Below the pieces are notes generated by a model, which saw only the letters and a program-made list of their open reading frames with translations, was not told the origin of the DNA and did not search any database. From Gemmatimonadota bacterium (GTDB taxonomy: Bacteria; Gemmatimonadota; Gemmatimonadetes; Palauibacterales; Palauibacteraceae): a stretch of 64,000 nucleotides of DNA. The stretch is taken from the NCBI GenBank assembly GCA_965116475.1, contig OZ220691.1, positions 640,001-704,000 of the forward strand, given 5' to 3'. The position numbers and the translations under genes are program-made. Shown here one piece after another: positions 49,379-58,586 of this stretch; positions within the stretch are counted from its first letter, which is position 1; each line of letters opens with the position of its first letter.

Positions 49379-50011
49379 ATGAAGAAGATGTTCCGCGCCA
49401 TCCCCTGTCTGGCGATCGCCCTCGGCGTCGCCCTTGCCTTCGCCACGGCTGCGGAGGCCCAGGACCGGCGCATGAGCCCGCGCGGAGAGGCCGCAACCCA
49501 GGTCGGCGGCTCGTTCAACGACGAAGGCGGCTACGAGGGCGGCTCCTGGGTCGTCGTGACGTACGGCCGCCCCATCCTGCGCGGCCGCGATCTGTTCGGC
49601 TCGGGCGATGAGTACGGCCAGCAGTTCCTGCGCGGGGCGCCGCTGTGGCGGGTCGGCGCGGACCAGTCCACGCGCTTCATGACCGAGACCGACCTCATGT
49701 TCGGCGGCGAGCGCCTGCCGGCCGGCGAGTACAGCGTGTTCGCGGAACTCACCGAGGCCGAGTGGACGCTGGTTTTTTCGAACTGGGGCGCGAAGGAGAA
49801 CTTCCGTGAGGAGAATCCCGACGCGCTCTGGGGGTCCTACGGCTACACGCCCGACCGCGACGTGCTGCGCACGACCATGGATGTGGACACGATCATGATG
49901 TCGGCCGACCAGCTCACGATCTCGTTCATGGACATGACGCAGGAGGGCGGCGTGTTCACGATCTGGTGGGACGACCAGGTCGCGACCGTCCCCTTCCAGG
50001 TGGCCCGCTGA
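49379..50011 (+). CDS. DUF2911 family secreted protein
   Basis: GGAGG RBS, signal peptide, SPRG, YGRP..RGR, WRVGA, LPAGEYS, WG.Y.Y....DVLR. Confidence 0.88.
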   Translation: MKKMFRAIPCLAIALGVALAFATAAEAQDRRMSPRGEAATQVGGSFNDEGGYEGGSWVVVTYGRPILRGRDLFGSGDEYGQQFLRGAPLWRVGADQSTRFMTETDLMFGGERLPAGEYSVFAELTEAEWTLVFSNWGAKENFREENPDALWGSYGYTPDRDVLRTTMDVDTIMMSADQLTISFMDMTQEGGVFTIWWDDQVATVPFQVAR

Positions 50012-50026
50012 CCCCTCCTTGAGACG

Positions 50027-50077
50027 CGGAGATTGTCGAATATCGGACGCCGGAAGTTCGATATTCGACAATCTCCG
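50027..50077. repeat. 19-bp perfect inverted repeat with 13-nt spacer between convergent genes
   Basis: CGGAGATTGTCGAATATCG (50027-50045) / CGATATTCGACAATCTCCG (50059-50077). Confidence 0.85.
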
Positions 50078-50095
50078 GCTCGAAACGGTCGCCAA

Positions 50096-52195
50096 TCAGG
50101 ACGTGGTGGCGGCGTAGCGGCGGAACCACTCCAGGGTCGACAGCATCTTTCCGATGTGGTGGCTCGGGCGGCGGCGGATGCCGTGCGGCTCGCCGGGGAA
50201 GCGCACGAGCGACGTCTCCACTCCGAGCAGCTTGAGCGCCTTGAAGTACTGCTCGGACTCCGACATCGGCGTGCGCCAGTCCTCCTCGCCCGTCACGATC
50301 CGCGTCGGCGTCGTCACGTTCTCGACCACGCTCAGGAGCGAGCGCGACTCGTAGTGCTCCACGTGGTCCCATGGGAGACCCGGGAACCAGTAGTTGACGC
50401 CGTAGGCGGCCATGTCCGCCGTGAGCACGAAGCTGTACCAGTTGATGACGGGATACCACGACACCGCGGCGCGGAAGCGGTCCGTCCGGCCCACGAGCCA
50501 GGCCGTGAGGACGCCGCCTCCGCTCCCGCCCACGACGTAGAGCTGTTCTTCATCCACATACCCCTGGTCGATGACCGCGTCGACGCCGGACATGAGGTCG
50601 TAGAAGTCGTCGCCGGGGTAGGCGTGGTGGATCAGGTTCCCGAACTCCTCGCCGTAGCTCGTGCTGCCGCGCGGGTTCGTGTAGAGGACGACGTAGCCCT
50701 GCGCCGCCATGAGCTGCTTCTCAAGGTCGAAGCGCGCCCCGTAGTTCGAGAACGGTCCCCCGTGGATCTCCAGGATGAGGGGGTACTCGCGCGACGGGTC
50801 GAAGCCGGGCGGCTTGATGATCCAGCCGTGGATCGGGCGTCCATCGTGCGACGACTCGTACCAGATCTCCTCGACCTCCCCGATCTCGCGCTTGGCCATC
50901 AGGTCGTCGTTGATCCCCGTGAGCACGCGGACATCGCTCCCGGGGCGACCCGTCGCGACCTCGGAGAGCACGGCGGGCGTCGTGTAGTTCATCGCGAAGC
51001 TGCCGTCGTCGGCCACGGAGTACGTCGCTCCGGCGTAGGCGCGGCCGACCCCGCCGACGTTGGCCGTCAGCACGCGGTGGCCGCTCCCGTCGTCGTCGAG
51101 GCGGAACAGGGCGAGCTTCGTCATGCCCTCGTCGTCGTACAGGGCGTAGAGGCCCGAACCATCGGGCGCCCACGTGGCCCCGTAGACCTCGCGGTCGAGT
51201 CCTTCCGAGAGCGAGCGCGGGTCGCTCCCGTCCCGGTTCATCACGTAGAGCCGTGTGAGCTGGTAGCCCTGGAAGCGGTCGTCCATGCCGAAGTAGGCGA
51301 TGTGCCGGCCATCCGGAGAGACGATCGGCCCGTCGTCCGGCCCCCGGCGATCCGTGAGCTGCGTCGCCGCGCCGTCGGCGACCGAGACCTCGAACACCTC
51401 CGTGTCCGCCACGAACACGCTCTCCGTGTCGCCGCCCCGCGGGTCGCGCGACATGACGAGGCCCGCGCCATCGGGCGTCCACGAAAAGTGCGTGCCGCCG
51501 ATCCCGTTCCCCGCCCAGTGGTTGTCTCCGCTGGTGATCTGGCGGGCCGTCCCTCCCTCCGCCGGGACGACGAAGACGTGCACGAAGCCGTGCGGGAGAT
51601 CACCCAACTGGTCGAAGCGATACACGAGCCGCTCGACGACCTGCGCGGGCTCGGCCCACTCCGCGCCCTCCGGCGGGGTCGGCATGCCGCCGATCATCGG
51701 CGCCGGCTTCGGCACCAGCTTTCCGAACGCGATCTGCGACCCATCCGGCGACCATTCGAACGACCGGGGCGGCTCGGTCACGTTGGTGATCGTCGAGGTC
51801 TCCCCGGAGTCCATCCAGCGCACGTGGATCTGCGCGTCGCCGCTCCGGTTCGAGACAAAGGCCAGCCGCGTGCCGTCGGGCGACCAGCGCGGGGAACTGT
51901 CCGAATAGTCCCCCGTGGTGAGCGGCCGGTGCCCCGACCCGTCGGAGCCCACGATCCAGAGGTTCGAGAAGCGGCTGTCCGTCATGATATCGGCCCGCTG
52001 GCGGACGTAGACGATCCAGCGCCCGTCCGGCGAGATCTGCGGATCCCCCGCGATCTCGACCTCGAAGATGTCCTCCATGCGAAGCGGGCCGGACTCGGCC
52101 CCCGCCTGCGCGGCGGCCGGGGCGGCGAGGCACAGGAGGGCTGCGGCAGCAAGAAACGACAGGGAGATTCGGACACTGCTGAGCGGGGCGGTCAT
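50096..52195 (-). CDS. S9 family (acylaminoacyl/dipeptidyl) peptidase, secreted
   Basis: Signal peptide, WSPDG propeller repeats, IHGGP, NPRGS..YG, GGSGGG nucleophile, D.RTP, EPHG. Confidence 0.93.
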   Translation of the reverse strand: MTAPLSSVRISLSFLAAAALLCLAAPAAAQAGAESGPLRMEDIFEVEIAGDPQISPDGRWIVYVRQRADIMTDSRFSNLWIVGSDGSGHRPLTTGDYSDSSPRWSPDGTRLAFVSNRSGDAQIHVRWMDSGETSTITNVTEPPRSFEWSPDGSQIAFGKLVPKPAPMIGGMPTPPEGAEWAEPAQVVERLVYRFDQLGDLPHGFVHVFVVPAEGGTARQITSGDNHWAGNGIGGTHFSWTPDGAGLVMSRDPRGGDTESVFVADTEVFEVSVADGAATQLTDRRGPDDGPIVSPDGRHIAYFGMDDRFQGYQLTRLYVMNRDGSDPRSLSEGLDREVYGATWAPDGSGLYALYDDEGMTKLALFRLDDDGSGHRVLTANVGGVGRAYAGATYSVADDGSFAMNYTTPAVLSEVATGRPGSDVRVLTGINDDLMAKREIGEVEEIWYESSHDGRPIHGWIIKPPGFDPSREYPLILEIHGGPFSNYGARFDLEKQLMAAQGYVVLYTNPRGSTSYGEEFGNLIHHAYPGDDFYDLMSGVDAVIDQGYVDEEQLYVVGGSGGGVLTAWLVGRTDRFRAAVSWYPVINWYSFVLTADMAAYGVNYWFPGLPWDHVEHYESRSLLSVVENVTTPTRIVTGEEDWRTPMSESEQYFKALKLLGVETSLVRFPGEPHGIRRRPSHHIGKMLSTLEWFRRYAATTS

Positions 52196-52412
52196 CTTGC
52201 ACTCTCCGTGGATCGGACCTCGATGAGTTGCCGTCGGCGAAGCAACCTTGCGGATCATAGCCAAAAGCGACGATATCGGAACAGCGTCACCCGACCGTCG
52301 GATGTGACCCGAGGGCGGCATGCGCAGTCTTTGGTTGGAGCCTCGCGCGTGTCGTGAGACCGCCGATACCGCCCGAATAGCGCAAGACCGAACAGCGCGA
52401 AAGGAGAACGCC

Positions 52413-52904
52413 GTGTACGAGATCGCCCGTCAACGCCGGTGCGTCGGCATCATGCTTCTCGGCCTGGTCGCATGCGGTGACGGCGGCGATGGCGTCACGC
52501 AGGTGGACCCGAACCAGCCATCGATTACCGGTACGTGGAACGCGGTACTTCCGTCAGGACGGCTGACGCTCGAGCTGCGCGAGCGGACCGCCGGAGTCGT
52601 GACCGGCAGTTACAGCATGCCGGTCAACATCGGGTTTGCCATATCGGGCGCGATAGAGAGTGGCGATCACCGCCATCCCGACGTGGTCCTCCGCTGGTCG
52701 GCCCAACTTCCGGAGGCTACCGGCGTCGATGTCGTTTCGGACTGCACGATTGAAGGAACCGCGGGAGACAACGGGATCTGGATCAGAGGTCAGATCGTCT
52801 GTACCGAGGCTCAAGGCGTGCTCGAATCGCAACGCGGGCCGGTCACTGTCATCTTCGGGGGCTTCAACGCTCCGATCACGCTCAGCCGCCTTCGAATAGG
52901 CTGA
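52413..52904 (+). CDS. Hypothetical lipoprotein with atypical codon usage
   Basis: AAGGAG RBS before GTG 52413; lipobox LVAC; beta-strand-rich; many A/T-ending codons. Confidence 0.65.
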   Translation: MYEIARQRRCVGIMLLGLVACGDGGDGVTQVDPNQPSITGTWNAVLPSGRLTLELRERTAGVVTGSYSMPVNIGFAISGAIESGDHRHPDVVLRWSAQLPEATGVDVVSDCTIEGTAGDNGIWIRGQIVCTEAQGVLESQRGPVTVIFGGFNAPITLSRLRIG

Positions 52905-52917
52905 CGAACAGGCTGAC

Positions 52918-52952
52918 AAAAAAAGGGCCGCCCGTCGCCGGGCGGCCCTTTG
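52918..52952. terminator. Rho-independent (probably bidirectional) terminator
   Basis: A7-GGGCCGCCCG-loop-CGGGCGGCCC-TTT; U-tract on minus strand downstream of the csp gene. Confidence 0.88.
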
Positions 52953-52985
52953 CAACTCACCGTTCGCCTCGTGGCGGTCGGCAAA

Positions 52986-53195
52986 TCACGCGACGCGGGT
53001 CACGTTCTCCGCAGCCGGGCCCTTCGTCCCGTCCGTAACGTCGAACTCGACGGCCTCGCCCTCCTTCAGAGTGCGAAAGCCGTCCGCCTGAATCGCCGTG
53101 TGGTGTACGAAGCAGTCCTTACCGCCCTCTTCCGGGGTAATGAACCCGAAGCCCTTCTGGTCGTTGAACCACTTCACGGTACCTCTCGTACGCAT
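52986..53195 (-). CDS. Cold-shock protein (CspA family)
   Basis: GTVKWFN..KGFGFI, D.FVH..AI, GFRTL, KGP.A.NV; AAGGAG RBS. Confidence 0.97.
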   Translation of the reverse strand: MRTRGTVKWFNDQKGFGFITPEEGGKDCFVHHTAIQADGFRTLKEGEAVEFDVTDGTKGPAAENVTRVA

Positions 53196-53416
53196 TTCCT
53201 ACTCCTTCGTTAGTCATGTCGGAGTTCGGGAAACCCGTCGCTGCCGACCGCTGACCTGTTCGACGCGGTCTCCCCCGCGCCAGGGTCGTGGCACTCGCCA
53301 CGCAGAAAACTAAAGAAAAAGGGGCGACCCGTTGTTGAGAGGCCCCCCCGATCCTGCGATCCTGCCTTCTCAGTTCGACCGTACCCGGCGTCGCCGAGCC
53401 CGTCCGAACGCGCGCA

Positions 53417-53445
53417 ATGATCGCCTCCCGGCCCTCAAACGTCAA
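53417..53445 (-). promoter_or_regulatory. Putative sigma70 promoter of csp gene, implying a roughly 210-nt 5' UTR
   Basis: Minus strand TTGACG-N17-GATCAT. Confidence 0.6.
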
Positions 53446-53459
53446 GGGGCGCACCGACC

Positions 53460-53975
53460 TCAGCCGGTTTCCGTCCCCACGAGAGGGCTTCGCCGTTCGA
53501 GCAGAAGCACGTCGCGCCACCGCCCGCTGAGCCTCCCCAACCGCTCGCGCCGCCCCACGCGGCGGAAGCCGGCCCGCTCGTGGATGCGGAGGCTTGCGAC
53601 GTTCTCCGGGAAGATCCCCGCCTGCAGCGTCCAGAGCCCGGCGCGCTCGGAGGATTCGACGAGCGCGGTCAGGAGTCTGAGGCCGACGCCGCCCCCGCGC
53701 GCGTCCGCGTCGACGTAGACGCTCACCTCCGCGACGCCGCCGTACACGCAGCGTCCCGAGACCGGAGCCAGGGCCGCCCATCCGACGATGCGTCCTCCCC
53801 GCTCCGCCACGAGCCGACAGCTGTCGAGATGGCTCGCGTCCCACGACTCCCAGCCGGGCGCTTCCGTCTCGAACGTCGCATCCCCCGTCTCGATCCCCTC
53901 CTCGTAGATCCTTCGCACCACATCCCAGTCCCCGTCACTGAGCGGACGGATCTCGAGGATGGCCGGGCTCGTCAA
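53460..53975 (-). CDS. GNAT N-acetyltransferase (phosphinothricin/MnaT-YncA-like)
   Basis: IY..GI....ATFE, VAEVSVYV, ARG.GVG, IFPEN.AS..IH, WRDV.LLERRS. Confidence 0.9.
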   Translation of the reverse strand: MTSPAILEIRPLSDGDWDVVRRIYEEGIETGDATFETEAPGWESWDASHLDSCRLVAERGGRIVGWAALAPVSGRCVYGGVAEVSVYVDADARGGGVGLRLLTALVESSERAGLWTLQAGIFPENVASLRIHERAGFRRVGRRERLGRLSGRWRDVLLLERRSPLVGTETG

Positions 53976-53990
53976 CGCGCTCTCAACGCG

Positions 53991-54551
53991 CTACTGGGCC
54001 TCCGCGAGGACCCTCTCGACGAGCGCCGTCGTTTCTGGTTCGAAGGGATGGAAGCGGCCGCCCCAGTACGCCCGAATCAAACCCTCCGCGTCCACCAGCA
54101 GGGTGTGCGGCACCCCGGGGTAGAGGTCGAGCGCCTGGGTGAGTCCGGGACCATCGCCGAGGAAGTTCGGATACGTGATGTCGAACTCCTCCAGGAATCC
54201 CTCGACGAGCGCAACGTCGCCTTCGTCGATGGAAATCCCGACCACCTCGAGGGGGTCGGCCGCGTATTTCGCGTGCATCTGCTGCAACTCGGGCATCTCG
54301 TCGCGGCAGGGGATGCACCAAGTCGCCCACAGGTTCAGGACGACCACCTGGCCGCGGAACCGGTCGAGGTCCGCCGGCCGGCCGTCCAGGTGCGTCACCT
54401 CGAGCGGCGGGAGGGCGCGGTACGAGGCGGGCGAGCGCTCGGCCGGCTCCGGGGCCCGCGCGGCGTCTCCCGCGGCTCCCTCGCGCTCACCCCCGCCGCA
54501 CCCGGCCGCGACAGCCGCCAGGGCCAGCGCCCCGAACGCCGCGCGCCTCAC
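53991..54551 (-). CDS. TlpA/ResA-like thiol-disulfide oxidoreductase lipoprotein
   Basis: Lipobox AAGC; LNLWATWCIPCRDEMP. Confidence 0.92.
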   Translation of the reverse strand: MRRAAFGALALAAVAAGCGGGEREGAAGDAARAPEPAERSPASYRALPPLEVTHLDGRPADLDRFRGQVVVLNLWATWCIPCRDEMPELQQMHAKYAADPLEVVGISIDEGDVALVEGFLEEFDITYPNFLGDGPGLTQALDLYPGVPHTLLVDAEGLIRAYWGGRFHPFEPETTALVERVLAEAQ

Positions 54552-54578
54552 CGGTACAACTCCGGATTCTCCATCGCG

Positions 54579-55253
54579 CTATTCATCTCCGTCCTCATCT
54601 CCGTCCTCATCTCCCGTGTTCATCTCCCGTTCAAAACCCAGGTTCGTGGGTGTGGGGAAGACGCCGGGCGGGCGGGCGTACGGCTGGTCCGTGATGACGA
54701 CCTCCGGCTCCGTCGTGAGCGGCACATCTTCGGCGACCGCCTCGAAGGAGAGGTCGTCCACCCACAGTTCTCCATCGCCCGTGAGCATCGCCCCGATGAG
54801 GATCGTAACCCCTTCAGGCGGGATGTCCACCACGATGTCGCGCGTCTCCCAGTCCTGCGTGCCCTCGACGCGCCGGTCCTCGCTGTTGTCCAGCGCGAGC
54901 ATGGCGTACTTCCCCTCGAGGATGCCGTCCACCCGCACCCAGAGGCCGCCGGAATCGACGTCGTCGGCCCGCAGGTATCCGCGGAGGCGCATCCGCTTGC
55001 CGCGGTAGGAGGTGGCGTCGACGAGCTGCACGCTCGCGGCCCACTGGCTGCGGCGCCGGTTGCCCCGCGCCTCGAGCCGCATGCTGGAAGACCCGGAACG
55101 GGCGACTTCGGGGTCGAGCCGGAGGCGATAGTCCTCGGCATCCTGTCCGACGAGGACCCACGCGTCCGGCATCTGCGCCGCAAGTTCGCCGCCGGTCGCC
55201 GGAACCAGGGCGGCGAGCGCGAGGACGGCCCCCGCCGCCGATCTCCGGATCAT
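54579..55253 (-). CDS. Secreted hypothetical protein (galactose-binding-like fold)
   Basis: Signal peptide; YRGKR.RL.G, GLW.RVDG, DN..DR...GT.DW, G.LW.DD..FE, P.NL.FE. Confidence 0.7.
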   Translation of the reverse strand: MIRRSAAGAVLALAALVPATGGELAAQMPDAWVLVGQDAEDYRLRLDPEVARSGSSSMRLEARGNRRRSQWAASVQLVDATSYRGKRMRLRGYLRADDVDSGGLWVRVDGILEGKYAMLALDNSEDRRVEGTQDWETRDIVVDIPPEGVTILIGAMLTGDGELWVDDLSFEAVAEDVPLTTEPEVVITDQPYARPPGVFPTPTNLGFEREMNTGDEDGDEDGDE

Positions 55254-56710
55254 CGCGGGATGAGCCAGAAATCGACCTGACGGCCGTCGATATACCACGT
55301 GCGCTCGCCGTCGAAGAACGCGTCCTCCTCGAGCATGATGCGCACCGCCTGTCCGCCCCATTCCGGGACCGGGACGGCCGCGTTGAGTTCGATCGAGTGC
55401 GCCGTGTTCGGGAAGAGCGGATAATCGCCGCGCCCCGGCACGCCGCCCTGGTTGTCCCAGAGACCGATCGTGGGTCCGGCGCCGTGGCCGTGGAAGCCGA
55501 TCGGGTGGGTGTAGATCGTCGCGTCGATCCCCTCGGCCTTCGCCTGCTGGAGCGCGCCGGCGAGGATCTCGTTCCCCGAACGCCCCGCCGCGAAGTTCTC
55601 CGTGAGGATGTCCTGGAGACGGTTCCCGACCGCGAGCGCGTGGACGAGACCCGCGGGCGCGGCGTCCTCTCCCGGCTTCAGCACGTAGGCGTGCTGCTGC
55701 GTGTCGGTGTTCAGGCGCAGGTACTTGATCCCGAAGTCCACGTGCAGCAGGTCGCCCGGGCGGATCACGTTCTCGTCGGGAGGGGCGGAGAAATCCCCCT
55801 CCCCTTCCCTCGCGCCGCCCGCCTTCTCATGGCGCTGCACGGAGACGCTGGGCTGGAACCAGGTCGCGAGCTTGAGTTCGAGGATCCGTTCGCGGTACCA
55901 CCACACGACATCCTCGGTCGTCGTCACGCCGGGCTGAATCACCTTCGCGCTGAAGCCTTCGGCGATGATCCGGTGCGCGATCCGCACGATCTGGGGATAG
56001 ACCTCCATCTCCTCGGGCGTCCGCGTCTCCAGCCACCCGATCGCGAGGCGTTCGGTCCCGGCCACCCGTTCGCGGTACGTCGCCGGGAGCGCGGCCATCA
56101 GCGCGTCGTACTCCGTGCCGGTGAGCCCGTCCGCGAGCGCGAAGGTCGAGGAACGGTTCACGGCGATGCGCTGCGGGTCGCGCTCGGCGATGACCTCCGC
56201 CACGCGCCCCCACTGGTCCGGCTCGCTGTCCGGGTCCCACGCGCGCGGGAAGGGGCCGATGTCGTACCGGGCCACCGCGAGCCGTTCCAGCGGCTGTCCC
56301 GGCCCCCGGTCGTGGAGGATGAGGACGGTGCGCCGGCGGGCCGCCATGTACGTGGAGGGCAGCATCGTCTCGATCACCGGATCCTCGTTGTATTCGCGGG
56401 CGGCGACGATCCAGAGGTCGACCCCTTCGCGCCGCATGATCTCGGGCGCCACCGTCTCCAGCCGCCCCTCGAGCCAGCGGTCGATGACGGCGGCCCGCTC
56501 GCGCAGCGGGAGGATGACGGGCATCGCGCCATCCGTGCGCTGGGCGTCCGCGAACCCGCCGTCCGGCGGCATGGCCGCTTGCGCCGCCGCCGGCGATGGA
56601 CCGGGCGCCGCGAACAGGACGAGGAGGAGACCGGCGGAGAGGAGACCGGCGGAGAGGAGACGGGCCGGCTGCACCCGTGCGCCCGGGGAGCGTGGTGTCG
56701 AAACGCGCAT
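55250..56710 (-). CDS. Xaa-Pro aminopeptidase (M24) family protein, secreted
   Basis: GDLLHVDFG, LNTD.Q, THPIG.HGHG, SIE, EED metal-ligand motifs. Confidence 0.88.
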   Translation of the reverse strand: MRVSTPRSPGARVQPARLLSAGLLSAGLLLVLFAAPGPSPAAAQAAMPPDGGFADAQRTDGAMPVILPLRERAAVIDRWLEGRLETVAPEIMRREGVDLWIVAAREYNEDPVIETMLPSTYMAARRRTVLILHDRGPGQPLERLAVARYDIGPFPRAWDPDSEPDQWGRVAEVIAERDPQRIAVNRSSTFALADGLTGTEYDALMAALPATYRERVAGTERLAIGWLETRTPEEMEVYPQIVRIAHRIIAEGFSAKVIQPGVTTTEDVVWWYRERILELKLATWFQPSVSVQRHEKAGGAREGEGDFSAPPDENVIRPGDLLHVDFGIKYLRLNTDTQQHAYVLKPGEDAAPAGLVHALAVGNRLQDILTENFAAGRSGNEILAGALQQAKAEGIDATIYTHPIGFHGHGAGPTIGLWDNQGGVPGRGDYPLFPNTAHSIELNAAVPVPEWGGQAVRIMLEEDAFFDGERTWYIDGRQVDFWLIPR

Positions 56711-56849
56711 TTCGAATCTCCGTTGGAATGTCGAGCGGCCTGAACCTATCGAATCCCCCGAATCCCCCGCACCCGGGAGAGGGCTCGGAGAGGGCGGTGG
56801 CGGAAACGGCCCGCAGGCCGCCATCGTAGGATCTTCCAGCCCCGGACCG

Positions 56850-56891
56850 GAGGGATGCCTGATGAGGGATGCCTGATGAGGGACGCCTGAT
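56850..56891 (+). repeat. 14-bp tandem repeat GAGGGATGCCTGAT x3 (one mismatch) covering RBS/start
   Basis: Copies at 56850, 56864 and 56878. Confidence 0.88.
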
Positions 56892-57159
56892 GAAGGACGT
56901 GGATTCGGATCTGCTGCCGGAACTCTACTCCCGGCAGGAAATGGACCAGAAACTGGACAAGGCCCGCCGGCGACACCGGATCGTCGGACGCATCGAGGGG
57001 ATCGCAGCCACCGTCGTCGCGGGCACGATCTTCAGTTTCCTGGGCTGGATTCCGACCGTCCTCGTGCTCGGCGCCGCCGGCTACCTCATCTACCGCTTCG
57101 TCCTCAAGCCCCGGAAGTCATCGAGAGCGTCCGGTGCTGCCAAGGAGGATCTGACGTAG
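56890..57159 (+). CDS. Small membrane protein (2 TM)
   Basis: GAGGG RBS, hydrophobic pair of helices, basic tail. Confidence 0.65.
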   Translation: MKDVDSDLLPELYSRQEMDQKLDKARRRHRIVGRIEGIAATVVAGTIFSFLGWIPTVLVLGAAGYLIYRFVLKPRKSSRASGAAKEDLT

Positions 57160-58496
57160 GTCCGGCCGGGGTCGTTGGGACTCGTGCCGACCTCGCGCAC
57201 GAGTCCTCGTTCGACGAGCCGGGCCAGACGCGTCCGCGTGGACCGGGTGGAGAGGCCGATCGCCTCGGCAATCTCGCGGGTGGCGTAACCCCCGCCGCTT
57301 TCCAGCAGCGTGATGATCGTACTGTCCCGCTCGTCGATCCTCGCTGGCGCCACCTTCTCGGTACGCAGAGTCACGCGCACGGAGAACCCGATCTCTTCCC
57401 ACACCGGGGCCGGAAGACCCGCGTCCCGGCAGGCCCCGATCATCCGCGGCACGCCGCTACCCCACTGTTCGACGAGCCCGAGTTCGTTGAAGACACGCCC
57501 GAGCACCCGGTTGCGGAGCTTCGAGACGCCGAGCGGCAGATCTTCGAGGGTGAGGCCGAACGGCAGCAGTCCCGGATTCTCGATCTCCAGACGATCGTCG
57601 AACATCGCGACGCGGATGGGCGCGCCCCGCTGTGAGTAGTCGGCGTGGACCACCGCGTTGACGAGCGCTTCCCGCACGGCCGCGGGCGGCAGACTCCAAT
57701 GCTCCGTGCGCCGGAGATGGCCGATGGTGGCGCCGTGGAGCAGGTGTTTTTTCACGAACGAGACCGCTTCCTCGACCGCCTGCAGGGGCGGCATGTCGAG
57801 CCGCGTCTGGTCGACGATGACCGCTTTGCTCGCCCCGCCGAAGCGCCCCGCCTGGATCCACGCGTCGGGGAAGAGGTCGAGCCGGTCCCGGCCGAACAGC
57901 AGCATGCCGCCAACCGTTGGCACGAGACGGCCCTGGTGAGAAGCGAGGAGGCGGAGGGTTTCCAGGTCGCGGCGCCTCAGCCTTCGGACCGGCGCGAACG
58001 ACTCTGAAGCGGCTCGGAAGTCCAACGCTTCCGAGTCGGCAGTCGGCAGCGGGCGCTCGTCGTAGGACTCGCCCGTCGCGAAGCGTCCCAGTTCCGCGAT
58101 GAGTGGCGGGTCGGCCCGACGGTTGGTCGAACCCACGCGAACGTAGGTGCCCCCTTCGAGACCCGCCCTGGCGATGAAATGCGGCCGCGCCGGGCTCGGG
58201 TGGATCCGTACGGCCAGGGCCTGCTTGTTCCGGAACCTCAGGATCTCGAGGTCCGGAAGCAGCCGAGGTTGAATCGAGTCGGCGATCAGGTTGGCGGCTC
58301 GTTCCTCCAGGTCGAGCGGCCGCTCGACCCCCGCCACGTGGCCGGTCCGGTCTTCCACGCCGATGAGAACGGTGCCGCCCGCCGTGTTCGCGAACGCCAC
58401 GACCGTGCGCAGGAATCCCGGCGGGGACGAGAGATCCCGTTTGAATTCGAGGGTTTTGCCCTCCGGCCGGAGGAGTAGCTCGCTCAGATCCATCAC
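57090..58496 (-). CDS. Schlafen/AlbA_2 domain + HATPase_c_4 (RecG-C-like) + HTH protein
   Basis: EGKTLEFK, AFANTAGG.VLIGVED, REALVNAVVHADY, DRLEIENPG, RN..L...F..LGLVE..GSG, C-terminal wHTH. Confidence 0.9.
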   Translation of the reverse strand: MMDLSELLLRPEGKTLEFKRDLSSPPGFLRTVVAFANTAGGTVLIGVEDRTGHVAGVERPLDLEERAANLIADSIQPRLLPDLEILRFRNKQALAVRIHPSPARPHFIARAGLEGGTYVRVGSTNRRADPPLIAELGRFATGESYDERPLPTADSEALDFRAASESFAPVRRLRRRDLETLRLLASHQGRLVPTVGGMLLFGRDRLDLFPDAWIQAGRFGGASKAVIVDQTRLDMPPLQAVEEAVSFVKKHLLHGATIGHLRRTEHWSLPPAAVREALVNAVVHADYSQRGAPIRVAMFDDRLEIENPGLLPFGLTLEDLPLGVSKLRNRVLGRVFNELGLVEQWGSGVPRMIGACRDAGLPAPVWEEIGFSVRVTLRTEKVAPARIDERDSTIITLLESGGGYATREIAEAIGLSTRSTRTRLARLVERGLVREVGTSPNDPGRTYVRSSLAAPDALDDFRGLRTKR

Positions 58497-58586
58497 TCGG
58501 AAATCTACTCTGAAGTAGTATCGCCTGCAAAAGCTTCCGAGTTTCTACTTCCTCCTTCGGATCAACCGACCATCAATCGTCCGCGT

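Noticed and set aside
56850..56891. CTGATGAG repeats as hammerhead cores or a mini-CRISPR
   Set aside because: They are contiguous 14-bp tandem copies with no spacers, no GAAA partner and no cas genes.
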